Under the pieces are notes generated by a model. The model saw nothing but the letters and a program-made list of their open reading frames with translations. It searched no databases and was not told the origin of the DNA. From positions 62,001 through 126,000 of the IMG/VR virus record IMGVR_UViG_3300028131_000823: a stretch of DNA of 64,000 nt; one strand, given 5' to 3'. Made by a program: the position numbers and the translations under genes. Of this stretch, positions 9,493 through 20,097 are shown piece after piece; the first letter of the stretch is position 1, and the number at the start of each line of letters is the position of its first letter.

Positions 9493-10236
9493 ATGAAATT
9501 ACAAATCGATCGCATAGACCAGCATGCATTTACAAGTTTTGTTAATAGACTAAAGTTAATAGACTCTTTTATCTATTTCAAAATTAAAGATGGTCAAGTT
9601 ATCTCAACAGCTTACTTACCACAAAGAGACGCTGTAAAACACCATTCAGTCCCATTTGAAAGTATTTTTCAAACGGCCGAAGTACCTCAATTAGGTAAAG
9701 AATTAAAGGTTGCATTCTTCGATGCAGGTAGAATTATAGAAGCATTTAAACAATTTGAGCACGATGCAATTCGCTGCGAGATTGAATTCATAGAGAATGA
9801 ACAAGACTTAGTAGCTTCTACTTTTAGAATTTACAATGATGAGTTGGAAATTACTCTAGCATGTTCAGAGCCATCTCTAGGCTTTAAAGATCTTACACCA
9901 GATCAAATCGATGCAATATTTGCAAAAGCGCCAGATTCTTTTCAATTTGGAATTGATAACCACACTATCAATAAACTTAAATCTCTTTTTAATCTTGAAA
10001 AAGATGAGACATTCGATATTAAATCAAATGGAAAAGGTGTTGAAGTTAAAGGTAAGACATTTAATGTATTGGTTAGTCAATCACCAGAAGGAAATGGCGG
10101 CGCAACACTTTACAAAAAATACTTAACATTATTAGACAAGGAAGAGTACAACGTACACGTTTCTGCAAGCAAAGTTGTTTTTGATTCTAATGAGTCAGAT
10201 ACTTTATTAACAATATCAACTTGCCAAACAGCGTAG
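9493..10236 (+). CDS. Probable sliding clamp (gp45/PCNA-like)
   Basis: 247 aa with an alpha/beta pattern; first gene of the replication operon, directly before the PolB C-subunit. Confidence 0.6.
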   Translation: MKLQIDRIDQHAFTSFVNRLKLIDSFIYFKIKDGQVISTAYLPQRDAVKHHSVPFESIFQTAEVPQLGKELKVAFFDAGRIIEAFKQFEHDAIRCEIEFIENEQDLVASTFRIYNDELEITLACSEPSLGFKDLTPDQIDAIFAKAPDSFQFGIDNHTINKLKSLFNLEKDETFDIKSNGKGVEVKGKTFNVLVSQSPEGNGGATLYKKYLTLLDKEEYNVHVSASKVVFDSNESDTLLTISTCQTA

Positions 10237-11445
10237 ATGGAAGTAACTGAAGCTGTAGAAGAAAACATAGATAATTTATCTATAGAAGAATTAGAAGCAC
10301 TTGCTGCTGATTATGACATCATGAGTAATAAGTTCACGGCCTACGAACAGGCCGTGAAACTTTCGTTAAATAGTATCTATGGTGCATTCGGTAATAAGTG
10401 GTTTCATTTTTTTGATATTAACATTGCAGAATCAATTACTCTTCAAGGTCAAAATGCTATTATTTATTCAGAAACAGTATTAAATAAATACTTTAATGAT
10501 TTTTGGCATAAAGACACTAAGTTACATGAAGAACTTGGAATTAAGGTAAAAGGCAAGTTACATAGGCCATCTGTTATTTACATAGATACAGATTCTAACT
10601 ACGTGCAATTTGGTGAAATGTATGATTCTGTAGAATGGTTAGATGAGTCTAAAAAAATGGATGTTACAACATTTACATTAGAAGTTTACAACCGTAGAAT
10701 TAAGGAATTTATTTCTTTAGCGATGAAAAAATATGCAGTTGTTCATAATACTGATAATTTCTTAGTATTTGAACTAGAATCTATTGCATACTCAGGTATT
10801 TGGATGAAAAAGAAAAAGTATATTCAAGATATTGCATGGGAAGATAAGCTTTCTGTAAAAGATAGACACCCTTCTCTTAAAAAGATTAAGACAATTGGCT
10901 ACGATACTATTCAAAGTTCTACTCCATTATTTGCAAGACAAAAATTAGTAGAAGCACTTAAGTTATTGTTCACAAAGGGAACAAAGCCAGGTCCAGTTGA
11001 ATTACAAGAAATGGTACAATTCTTAAAGCAATGTAAAACTGAATTTAAGCTTGTAAATATAGACGATATTTCTTTTAATAGAAGAACTAATAATATCCAA
11101 CAGTATATTATTGACGATAATAAAGAATTTCAAATTGGACTTAAGTGTCCACCAAATGTAAAGGCTGCAGGTTTTTATAACTATCTCTTAAATAATAATT
11201 CTAAATACAAGAATAAGTATAAGATGATAGCAAATGGTGAAAAACTTAGGATCTATAATACAAAGCACCCTATTTGTGATACATTCGCATATTTACCAGG
11301 AGGGCATCCATATGAGATAGCACCTGAAATTGACTACGATACTCAATTTGGAAAATGCATGATTGATCCAATTAACAGAGTTCTTAAAGCAATAGGCTTA
11401 CAAGAATTAGATACAAACCTAATATATGCTTCGGCATTATTTTAA
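10237..11445 (+). CDS. Family B DNA polymerase, C-terminal subunit (motifs B and C, thumb)
   Basis: KLSLNSIYG motif B, YIDTDS motif C, KKKY. Confidence 0.92.
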   Translation: MEVTEAVEENIDNLSIEELEALAADYDIMSNKFTAYEQAVKLSLNSIYGAFGNKWFHFFDINIAESITLQGQNAIIYSETVLNKYFNDFWHKDTKLHEELGIKVKGKLHRPSVIYIDTDSNYVQFGEMYDSVEWLDESKKMDVTTFTLEVYNRRIKEFISLAMKKYAVVHNTDNFLVFELESIAYSGIWMKKKKYIQDIAWEDKLSVKDRHPSLKKIKTIGYDTIQSSTPLFARQKLVEALKLLFTKGTKPGPVELQEMVQFLKQCKTEFKLVNIDDISFNRRTNNIQQYIIDDNKEFQIGLKCPPNVKAAGFYNYLLNNNSKYKNKYKMIANGEKLRIYNTKHPICDTFAYLPGGHPYEIAPEIDYDTQFGKCMIDPINRVLKAIGLQELDTNLIYASALF

Positions 11446-11454
11446 AATAAACAC

Positions 11455-11610
11455 ATGAATATAGAAGACTACGTTTGCGAATTAGTGGCTGAAAACCCAA
11501 ACTATACTGAATTAGGAAAAAAGGTTGCAATTCATTTTAGAGAACATTTCTCAGAAAAAATAAATGAAGCAGCTAAACAAAAAAGAATTAAAGACTATGA
11601 ACCTTTCTAA
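11455..11610 (+). CDS. Small hypothetical protein (51 aa, not in ORF track)
   Basis: MNIEDYVCELVAENPNY... fills the gap in the operon. Confidence 0.45.
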   Translation: MNIEDYVCELVAENPNYTELGKKVAIHFREHFSEKINEAAKQKRIKDYEPF

Positions 11611-11773
11611 AGAAGAACAAACCATATTACAAGAGTATGTTGCAATTCAAAAAGAATTTAATACTTTAAAAAATGAGATGAGTAATATTAAACAAAAGGC
11701 TGAAGTCTTAATAAAAGAATTAAACAATATTAGAGAAAAAGAATCTAAGTTATTCGAAAAAATAAACAAATAA
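11597..11773 (+). CDS. Small coiled-coil hypothetical protein
   Basis: MNLSKEEQ... heptad pattern; downstream ATG preferred. Confidence 0.55.
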   Translation: MNLSKEEQTILQEYVAIQKEFNTLKNEMSNIKQKAEVLIKELNNIREKESKLFEKINK

Positions 11774-11774
11774 A

Positions 11775-12890
11775 ATGGCAAAAAAGAAAGTTGAATTTAA
11801 TTTCAGTGATATTAACGCTGAATTAGCAAATATAAATCCATTAGGTAGTGTAATGGAAAATAGTGATTTTAGTGAAGTTACAGAATATATTGACACAGGT
11901 AATTATCATTTAAATGCATGTGTAAGTGGTAGTTTATTTGGTGGATGGCCAAACAGTAGAACTTGTGCATTAGCTGGCCCTTCTGGAACAGGTAAAACTT
12001 TCCTCATATTAAATAGTGTAAAACGTGCAATTGACATGGGTTACAATGTTATTTTTTATGATAGTGAAGCTGCTGTTGATAAACAATTAATGACAAAGTT
12101 TGGAATTGATTTAGCTAAGGTTAATTATCAACCGGTCAATACTGTACAAGATTTTAGACATTCAATCACAACGATCACAACTAAAATGCAAGAAGTAAAA
12201 AGAACAGGTGGTACAGTACCTAAGGTTATGATTATTCTTGATAGTGCTGGAAACTTGGCAACTCAAAAAGAAATCAATGATGCAGTCAGTGGTAGTGAAA
12301 AGGCTGATATGACAAGAGCCAAAATTCTTAAATCTATTTTTAGAATTATTATGACTCCATTGGCAGATCTTAAAATACCTTTCTTATTTACTAACCACAC
12401 TTATATGACGCAAGGCTTTATTGCACAACAAATAGCAGGTGGAGGTACAGGTCCTGAATATGCAGCATCAATTGTTTTATTCTTAAATAAAGCACAACTT
12501 AAAGAAGGTACTGAGAAAACAGGAATTATAGTTACGGCGAAACCAAACAAAAACAGATTTGCAAAGCCAACTCCAATTAAATTTCATTTACACTTTACTC
12601 AAGGAATGAATCCTTACGTAGGTCTTGAACAATATGTTTCATGGGATGTTTGTGGAGTTGATAGAGGAAGCTTTGATAAAAATGGAAAACCTGAACTTAA
12701 GGCAACTTCAAGAACTTGGATATGTAAGCACTTAGATAATCCAGTCTCAAATAAAGACTTCTTTACTGAAAAGGTATTTACAAAAGAAGTACTTGAAAAA
12801 ATCAATGAGCACATTCAGCCACTGTTTAATTATAGTGCAATGTCAGAAGACGTTGACGTTGATGCAATATTAGAAGAGACTGCAGAATGA
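11775..12890 (+). CDS. uvsX: RecA-like recombinase
   Basis: GPSGTGKT Walker A, YDSEAA, ILDSAGNL. Confidence 0.92.
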   Translation: MAKKKVEFNFSDINAELANINPLGSVMENSDFSEVTEYIDTGNYHLNACVSGSLFGGWPNSRTCALAGPSGTGKTFLILNSVKRAIDMGYNVIFYDSEAAVDKQLMTKFGIDLAKVNYQPVNTVQDFRHSITTITTKMQEVKRTGGTVPKVMIILDSAGNLATQKEINDAVSGSEKADMTRAKILKSIFRIIMTPLADLKIPFLFTNHTYMTQGFIAQQIAGGGTGPEYAASIVLFLNKAQLKEGTEKTGIIVTAKPNKNRFAKPTPIKFHLHFTQGMNPYVGLEQYVSWDVCGVDRGSFDKNGKPELKATSRTWICKHLDNPVSNKDFFTEKVFTKEVLEKINEHIQPLFNYSAMSEDVDVDAILEETAE

Positions 12891-13183
12891 GTTTACAAAT
12901 AAATGAAGATAAACTTCCTATTAAATATATTTTAGGAATACACGACACATTGCCTTCTTACCCAGATGGATTTGACATTTTATATGAAAAAATAAAAAGA
13001 CACATTGGAGATACTAACCACAATTTCACAAAACATGCAAGTATGAAATATCATTTAAAAAACGCAGATCCAGAAAGAGTGGATAAAGCTTTAGCAGAAT
13101 TAGTTAAAGAAGGTTATATTGAACCGGTAAATGAAACAAAAGGTAAAGAGTCCTATAAAATAATAAACAACCCGTTTAATTAA
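12887..13183 (+). CDS. Hypothetical protein, possible winged helix
   Basis: VDKALAELVKEGYIE wHTH-like segment. Confidence 0.5.
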   Translation: MSLQINEDKLPIKYILGIHDTLPSYPDGFDILYEKIKRHIGDTNHNFTKHASMKYHLKNADPERVDKALAELVKEGYIEPVNETKGKESYKIINNPFN

Positions 13184-13189
13184 ACTAGT

Positions 13190-14506
13190 ATGGAATTTAG
13201 CCAAGATTATGAAAAAATGTTTTTTAGGTTTTCATTAGAAAAACCTAAATATTTACAGGCAATTAAGACAAGTTTTTATTCATCTGAAGAGATTGATATA
13301 CTTTCAACTCTTGCTCTTAAGTTTTTTATGAAGTTTAATGAAACTCCTTCAAAGGAACAGTTAAGACTTCTTGTTAAAAATGCAAAAACGGCTAAAGATA
13401 AAATTAGTGATAGTATAATTAATTTAATATTTGAAGTAGACTTAGATCAATATGATGAAGAGTGGCTAACATCTACTGCAGAATCATGGATTAAATGGAG
13501 AAACTTCGATACAACTCTTATTGACACTATTGAGTTTATTAAAACAACAACTGTAACTCCTGAAAATACTGATCATATAATTACAAAGGTTAAGACATTA
13601 ATAAATGAAAGAAATAATCTTACATTTAACAGTGATCTTGGTCTTGATTTTTTCGATGCAGAATCACATGATCAAAAAGAGACTGATAAAATTAGTACAG
13701 GATATAACTTTTTAGATAGAGTATTAGGCGGAGGATATGACAAAGGCGGTAATTTAGTAGTTTATGCGGGTGAACAGAATATTGGTAAATCCATTTTCTT
13801 AGCAAATGACGCAGCTCAATTCGTTAAGATGGGAACCAACACCGCCGTCATTACCGCTGAAATGGCAGCACATAAATTTGTTAAAAGAATCGGAGCAAAC
13901 CTTTTAGGTATTAACATTAGTGACTATAATGAAAAAGGTAAGAATAAAGATTTTATTAAAAGAAAATTAGAAACAGTAGGAAATGGATTTACTCCTCCAG
14001 GTAGTCTACATGTTAGACAATTCCCAACATCTCAAGCTACTGTGCTTGACATTGAAGCCTATCTTGCACAAATTGAAGAAGAAAAAGGAATTAAGTTAGG
14101 TGCAGTTGTTATAGATTATATTAACATCTTAGCAAATTATAGAAATCAAAACACTGAAAATACTTATATGAAGATTAAGCAAATTGCAGAAGATCTTAGA
14201 GCAATGGGTATTAGAAATAATTGGCTAATCGTTACAGCAACTCAAATTACAAGAAGTGGTTACAACTCTTCAGATATTACAATGACCGATATTGCAGAAT
14301 CTGCAGGTCTTTCTCATACTGCTGATGTTATGCTTGGAATTATTCAAGATGATATTATGAGAGCAGCAAATGAATACAGATTAAAAGTCCTTAAAATCAG
14401 AGATGGTGAAGGCAAGGGAACAAAATGCAAGTTAGATATTAACTACTCATATATGAGATTAATGGAAACTGAAGAAATAACAATGAGTAATTTACACGCA
14501 ATATAG
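13190..14506 (+). CDS. DnaB-like replicative helicase (gp41)
   Basis: GEQNIGKS Walker A, VIDYIN, ATQITR, IAESAG. Confidence 0.92.
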   Translation: MEFSQDYEKMFFRFSLEKPKYLQAIKTSFYSSEEIDILSTLALKFFMKFNETPSKEQLRLLVKNAKTAKDKISDSIINLIFEVDLDQYDEEWLTSTAESWIKWRNFDTTLIDTIEFIKTTTVTPENTDHIITKVKTLINERNNLTFNSDLGLDFFDAESHDQKETDKISTGYNFLDRVLGGGYDKGGNLVVYAGEQNIGKSIFLANDAAQFVKMGTNTAVITAEMAAHKFVKRIGANLLGINISDYNEKGKNKDFIKRKLETVGNGFTPPGSLHVRQFPTSQATVLDIEAYLAQIEEEKGIKLGAVVIDYINILANYRNQNTENTYMKIKQIAEDLRAMGIRNNWLIVTATQITRSGYNSSDITMTDIAESAGLSHTADVMLGIIQDDIMRAANEYRLKVLKIRDGEGKGTKCKLDINYSYMRLMETEEITMSNLHAI

Positions 14507-14508
14507 AT

Positions 14509-14952
14509 ATGAGAAATAAGCAAGATAAAATATTTGACAATAATTTTGAAGCTCCAGACACGGAGGGAAAGGGATCTATTAACTTTGATTTAGATCCAGC
14601 AGTAAGAGGTAATCTTTCAGAAGAAGAAAATATACACTACGAAATATTAGCCAGGGATATACATGATTTAATTGAAAATTCAAGATTTAAAAAATTCAAC
14701 GTAATAAATGAATTTACAAGTGTAACTCGTCTTAAGAAAATAGACATCAATGAAGTTTATGGATTTATGGTAGATGAGTTAATTAAAAAATACTCAAGAA
14801 TAGATTTATTTTCTGAGTTATGTAATTATTTTAATATACCTCCAAATAAATTTTATAACTCATTATCAAATGTTTATAAAGAAGATCTAATTATGGAATT
14901 AGATAAAAAAACAGGAGTTCTTTCAAGAAAAAATATTAACAAACTTTTTTAA
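14509..14952 (+). CDS. Hypothetical protein
   Basis: In-operon ORF; ends NKLF. Confidence 0.65.
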   Translation: MRNKQDKIFDNNFEAPDTEGKGSINFDLDPAVRGNLSEEENIHYEILARDIHDLIENSRFKKFNVINEFTSVTRLKKIDINEVYGFMVDELIKKYSRIDLFSELCNYFNIPPNKFYNSLSNVYKEDLIMELDKKTGVLSRKNINKLF

Positions 14953-16074
14953 ATGATTAAGACAAGTGTTTTAAGTAAACCCGTAAAAAGGGTGTGGGTA
15001 TTAGGCGATCTTCACTTTGGAGTTAGGTCTAATTCTATGGAATGGCTACAAATTCAAAAAGATTTTTTTGAACAGCAGTTTATTCCCACATTAAAGAAAT
15101 ATGTAAAACCAGGTGATGTTTTGGTACAGGTAGGAGATACGTTTGACAACCGCCAGAGTATAAACATCAAAGTTTTAAACTATGCCATGGATCTATTCGA
15201 GAGGCTAGGTGAGATATTGCCGGTCCATGTAATTTGTGGCAATCATGATATTTGGGCTAAGAAGACAAATGAAATTACTTCAATAGATACTCTTAAATGG
15301 ATCCCAAATGTACAAGTTTATACAGACCCTGTTGAGTATGTTTGGAATGATAGAAAAATACTACTAATGCCATGGAGAAGAGATTCAGCACATGAGGCAG
15401 AGACATTAGCAGACTATCCAATGAGTAAGATTGTATTTTGCCATTCTGAAGTTAGAGGTATTTACTTAAACGCAAAGGTAAAGAATCAGCATGGAAATGA
15501 AAGTAATATCTATTCAAAATACACGAGAGTATATAGCGGCCACATTCATTATAGACAAGAAAAGGATAAACTCTTAATGGTTGGTGTACCATATCAACTA
15601 ACAAGATCTGATATGAATAACACTAAAGGATTTGATCTTGTAGATTTAAAGGATATGCAAGAAACTTTCTTTGAAAATACAATATCTCCTCACTTTCTTA
15701 GGTATAATATTAAGATGTTATATGATATGCCACTTGAGAATTTTAAGGCACAAATTAAAAATAATTTTGTAGATCTTTATGTTCCTTCTGAAATAGCAAC
15801 ATCATCTGCATTGTCTAATTTAATTAACAGAGTGCAAAAGATTGGAAGAAGAATTGAGCCAAATATTTATCAAGAAGATAATTTTATAGACAAAGATTTA
15901 TATGACTTAGATGAGATAGAAGAAATGCAAAAGAACTATAGTGTTATGGGACTTTGTGAAAAATACATAGATTCTTCTACATTTGATAACAAGTTAAAAA
16001 AACAGATTAAAGACAAATTAAACCAACTTTATAACGGTTGTGTAAATAATTACGACTTAGACAATGAGAATTAA
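14953..16074 (+). CDS. Mre11/SbcD-like nuclease (gp47)
   Basis: GDLHFG, GDTFD, GNHD, SGHIH. Confidence 0.92.
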   Translation: MIKTSVLSKPVKRVWVLGDLHFGVRSNSMEWLQIQKDFFEQQFIPTLKKYVKPGDVLVQVGDTFDNRQSINIKVLNYAMDLFERLGEILPVHVICGNHDIWAKKTNEITSIDTLKWIPNVQVYTDPVEYVWNDRKILLMPWRRDSAHEAETLADYPMSKIVFCHSEVRGIYLNAKVKNQHGNESNIYSKYTRVYSGHIHYRQEKDKLLMVGVPYQLTRSDMNNTKGFDLVDLKDMQETFFENTISPHFLRYNIKMLYDMPLENFKAQIKNNFVDLYVPSEIATSSALSNLINRVQKIGRRIEPNIYQEDNFIDKDLYDLDEIEEMQKNYSVMGLCEKYIDSSTFDNKLKKQIKDKLNQLYNGCVNNYDLDNEN

Positions 16075-17734
16075 TAGTATAGAATTTAAGAATTTTGCAA
16101 GTTATGGTAATCAAGTTCAAACAATTGAGTTTGAAGACCAAGCACAGTTATATTTAACATTAGGTAAAAACGGACATGGCAAAACCACAATAGCTAATAG
16201 TATTATATATGCACTATATGGAAAGGTTGAAGGTGTAAAACTCGCTGATTTGCCAAATAGAATCAACAAAGAATTATGGGTTAAAATAAACTTACAATGT
16301 AAAGACATGTCAGTTGAGATAGAAAGAGGTCTTATGCCAAATAAGTTTAAAGTATTAATCAATGGAGTAGAGTTTGATAAAGCAGGTAAAAAATCTGTAC
16401 AAGAATATTTAGAAGATGAAATTTTTGGAATACCATATCATGTGTTTAAGAATATTATTATTTTAAGTATTAATGATTTTAAGTCTTTTCTGACTATGAA
16501 TTCAAGTGATAAAAAACAAATCATTGATAAGATGTTTGGTTTTTCAGTTTTAAACGATATGTTCAGGAATGTTAAAGAAGAACGCAAGCAAATTAAAATG
16601 GAAATAGATTCTTATGATTCTGAACTTAATCAGATTATGGAATCAATTTCTTCAGTAAGACTTAAACTAAATAACTTAGTTGAAGAGTCTCATAAGAAAG
16701 ATAAAGCAAAGGTTGAAGCCTTAAAAGATGAACTATTAGAACATGGAGATAATGTTAAGAAATTAAACGAGGCGAGAAGCCATATCGATGGTAAAATTGA
16801 AGGAGTAAGAGATGAAGCAAGTAGTATGGGTATTCAGCAGCGAGACCTTGAACGAGAGAATCAATACCTACAGAAAAAAATTGAATTATACGAATCCGGT
16901 TTTTGTGGTTCATGTGAAACAAAGTTAGATACTGATTGGCACCAGAAAAAAGGAGATGAATTTAAAACACAGATTAAAAATAACTCTAAAAATTCAGGTA
17001 AATTAAAAGAAGAAATTACAATAGCTGAAGGAAAAGTAAGTGAATTAAGAAGTAAGAAAAAACAAGTTGAAACTAGAATTAATAACTTAAGGTACTCTAT
17101 TAAAGATATTAAAGAAGCTTTAATTAAAATAAAGGAATCAACTCAAGACTCAACTCAATTTCAACATTTAAAACAAATTATTGAAGAGTTTGAAAAGTCA
17201 GAAGAAAGCAAATCAGGTAAGAGAGAAGAGATAGCACAGCAAGATGCATTTATGACAATCTTAGAAGAAGTCTTAGGAGATGATGGTGTAAAAAACCTTG
17301 CAGTACAAACTATATTACCAGGCTTAAATGCTAATATCGCAATGATGGCTCAAACAATGCACCTTCCATTTCATATTAGATTTAATGAAAAGTTCGATTG
17401 TATTATTAATCATTTAGGGGAAGATATAAATCCTCTAACACTTTCAACAGGTGAAAGAAAGAAGGCTGACTTTATAGTTATTATTGCTATTATTAAAATA
17501 CTAAAACTAAGGTTTCCACAACTTAATCTTATGTTCTTAGATGAGTTATTAAGTTCTGTAGATCAAGATGGAGTCTATAACGTACTTAAAATTCTTAATG
17601 AAGTAATTAAAGAAAACGGACTAAATACATTTGTGATTAATCATACGGAATTACCTCATGAGATCTTTGATCAGAAAATACAGATTCATAGAGAGAATGG
17701 ATTTTCAAAGTTTACTATTGAAAAAATAGAATGA
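16064..17734 (+). CDS. Rad50/SbcC-like ATPase (gp46)
   Basis: GKNGHGKT, CGSC zinc hook, LSTGE signature, LDE. Confidence 0.92.
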   Translation: MRINSIEFKNFASYGNQVQTIEFEDQAQLYLTLGKNGHGKTTIANSIIYALYGKVEGVKLADLPNRINKELWVKINLQCKDMSVEIERGLMPNKFKVLINGVEFDKAGKKSVQEYLEDEIFGIPYHVFKNIIILSINDFKSFLTMNSSDKKQIIDKMFGFSVLNDMFRNVKEERKQIKMEIDSYDSELNQIMESISSVRLKLNNLVEESHKKDKAKVEALKDELLEHGDNVKKLNEARSHIDGKIEGVRDEASSMGIQQRDLERENQYLQKKIELYESGFCGSCETKLDTDWHQKKGDEFKTQIKNNSKNSGKLKEEITIAEGKVSELRSKKKQVETRINNLRYSIKDIKEALIKIKESTQDSTQFQHLKQIIEEFEKSEESKSGKREEIAQQDAFMTILEEVLGDDGVKNLAVQTILPGLNANIAMMAQTMHLPFHIRFNEKFDCIINHLGEDINPLTLSTGERKKADFIVIIAIIKILKLRFPQLNLMFLDELLSSVDQDGVYNVLKILNEVIKENGLNTFVINHTELPHEIFDQKIQIHRENGFSKFTIEKIE

Positions 17735-17744
17735 TATATAATAA

Positions 17745-18518
17745 ATGGCAACATATAATTTAAAATTCAATAGAGACGATAGTGTTATCAGACACCTTAT
17801 AGTGGGTCTTTTAGCTGACTTAAATAAAAAGGTTAGTTTTTATAGACAACTTGATAATGATACTCGATCAGAAATAGATGTCCCCTTTTATTATTCAATT
17901 ACTGGAGATGCTGATTTTTTAAAAGATAATTTTCTTTTTTCAACAGCTAATGGCTTTGAATGTAGTCCAAATCCAGTTGGAGCAGATGGAAATTATGATG
18001 CAATTCCAAGAGGAGTTGTTAATCTTACATCAATGACAGTTGATCCATCAAAGCTTGTAAATAAGAGAAATGTTGGAGAGTACAGTAAGATGAATGATCA
18101 AGGTGTTTTAGAGGGGTATAGGGCAGAGTTTGAACTAATTCCTATGACATTTTCAATTGATATTGAAATACTCTTAAGTAGTCTCTTAGACATCTTTAAA
18201 TGTACTGAACAATTAGTAAAGAAATTATATAAATCTAATCAATATAATGTAGAAGTCGGGCATTTAGAAGAAGGACTATATAGAATGGCAGCCTATTATG
18301 CAATGCCAGACGATTATGGTAAAGAAAGCCCAATTGAATATAGTTTTGACGATAAAGGCAATTATAAAATAACATTCAGTATTGAGGTAAATTCATTTAT
18401 GCCAGCAATAGATTTTGACACAGAGAGACATGCTGGAAATAGAATGTTTAAGATAACTCACGCTTATTCAGATGAAAAACAACTTAACGAATCTTTAGAT
18501 GAGGGTTTAGATATATAA
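17745..18518 (+). CDS. Tail terminator / sheath stabilizer (gp15-like)
   Basis: IRHLIVGLLADLN...IDVPFYY pattern like gp15; late motif at 17733. Confidence 0.65.
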   Translation: MATYNLKFNRDDSVIRHLIVGLLADLNKKVSFYRQLDNDTRSEIDVPFYYSITGDADFLKDNFLFSTANGFECSPNPVGADGNYDAIPRGVVNLTSMTVDPSKLVNKRNVGEYSKMNDQGVLEGYRAEFELIPMTFSIDIEILLSSLLDIFKCTEQLVKKLYKSNQYNVEVGHLEEGLYRMAAYYAMPDDYGKESPIEYSFDDKGNYKITFSIEVNSFMPAIDFDTERHAGNRMFKITHAYSDEKQLNESLDEGLDI

Positions 18519-18549
18519 TTAATATATAAAATAAATAAAAATATTAAAA

Positions 18550-20025
18550 ATGGCACAAGTTACAAAACAAATTATATCACCTGTATTCGTTACTGAAGCA
18601 GGAGATAGTTATATTGCATTAGATGGTAAAGCATTTTTAGTTGGTGAAAATACAATTACTGAAGCAGAAATTACTACAGCTCCTGGTGAGTTTAGAAGTC
18701 TTGTTTTAGCATTAAACAATTTTACATTAACTAATGAAGGTTTAACATGGTTTAATGGAATTAATAGAATTAGATTCGTAAGAGAATCAAACAATTTTTT
18801 CGTTAACAATAGCGAAGTTTTAGCTGAAAGTTTAACAAATCATTTATTAGCAGCAGGTATTGTAAATTATACAAACAAAGCAAAAATTCAACTTTTTGAA
18901 TATGCTGCAAAAAACATCAATAACTTCGTATCTCTTGATTTTGCTCAAAAAATCGAAGAAGGACAGGTTAAATGTTATGTTATGAAATTAAACGAAGACT
19001 TCTACGTTTATAGAATGAATGAAGCAAATAAGATTTATAAGTTTGGTAAATTAGATGCAAATGCTGCATTTGATTATGTTAAAGAGCAAACAGGTTATGA
19101 AATAACTGATATGACTCAAGAACTTTTAGAAGGTGCAAGAAAACAGGCTGCTGAAAAATTAAATAAAATCAGTGTTCTAGAGCAAATGATAGCGTTCTTA
19201 AAAGATCAAAGAGGAGTTATTGCTGAGGCTGATAAATCAATTCAAGAAGTTAAAGAAGCTGATACATTAATTAACAGTGAAATTAAAAGATTAGAAGAAG
19301 AGGTTGAAGCTATTAAAAACGGTACTGAAAAAGTAGAAGAAAGTTGTGGAAAATGTGGAACAGACGGATGTGTTTGTGAAACTGAAGCTACAACTAAAGA
19401 AACTGAAACTGAAGCTACAACTGAAGAAACTGAAGCTACAACTGAAGAAACTGAAACTGAAGCTACAACTGAAGAAACTGAAACTAAAGCTACAACTGAA
19501 GAAACTACTAACGAAGAAGCCGGAGATGAGGCTGGAGTTGAAGCTGAAGATATTAAAAAAGACACAAAGGATATTACAACGCCCGATACAAAGGAAGAAG
19601 CAGATGATTCTGCACCAAGCGATGAAGGCGAAGAAGGTGCTAAAGAAGTAGTTAAAGAAGATAGAAAATCATTTGAAGAATTATTACAAATAGCAGAAGA
19701 TGCTGCAGCTGATATTGAAGCTAATTTAAATGATTTATCAGAACCTAAAAAATCCGAAGAAGATCAAGAAGAATTAGAAGCATCTATGGATGAAGCTACT
19801 AATGAAGCTGAGATTGAAGAAGAATTAGTAACTAGACAAGATGGCTATGTACCAGGAACTCTTAAATACAAAACTGAAGAATATGCAGAAGGTACGGAGG
19901 TTCAAATTGACGCTGAAGCTTATACAACATCTGGTCAAGATGAATCAATTACAGTATTTGCTGATGAAAAACCAATTAAAGTAAATAAAAGAGATGTTGA
20001 ATTAGCTGACGGCGAAACAGTATAA
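18550..20025 (+). CDS. Late acidic protein with Cys cluster and ETEATTEE repeats
   Basis: Late motif at 18510; CGKCGTDGCVC followed by a Glu/Thr repeat. Confidence 0.7.
   Translation: MAQVTKQIISPVFVTEAGDSYIALDGKAFLVGENTITEAEITTAPGEFRSLVLALNNFTLTNEGLTWFNGINRIRFVRESNNFFVNNSEVLAESLTNHLLAAGIVNYTNKAKIQLFEYAAKNINNFVSLDFAQKIEEGQVKCYVMKLNEDFYVYRMNEANKIYKFGKLDANAAFDYVKEQTGYEITDMTQELLEGARKQAAEKLNKISVLEQMIAFLKDQRGVIAEADKSIQEVKEADTLINSEIKRLEEEVEAIKNGTEKVEESCGKCGTDGCVCETEATTKETETEATTEETEATTEETETEATTEETETKATTEETTNEEAGDEAGVEAEDIKKDTKDITTPDTKEEADDSAPSDEGEEGAKEVVKEDRKSFEELLQIAEDAAADIEANLNDLSEPKKSEEDQEELEASMDEATNEAEIEEELVTRQDGYVPGTLKYKTEEYAEGTEVQIDAEAYTTSGQDESITVFADEKPIKVNKRDVELADGETV
19381..19509 (+). repeat. 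In-frame tandem repeat of 21-27 nt units (ACTGAAGCTACAACTGAAGAA)
   Basis: About 5 imperfect units read directly from the sequence. Confidence 0.9.
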
Positions 20026-20097
20026 AAAATTAAATAAAATTTGACGTTAAACTACAAATCTCTCATTTAACTCAAATACAGTAGAAAAGATCAATTG

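Noticed and set aside
3727-11445. Split intein or intron joining the PolB halves
   Set aside because: No intein N-terminal Cys/Ser block, no His-Asn end and no intron or homing endonuclease features at either break
19346-19651. Leu/Lys zipper-like ORF (LKLQLKK repeats) and the antisense Ser/Val ORF
   Set aside because: Frame artefacts of the tandem repeat inside ORF 18550-20025
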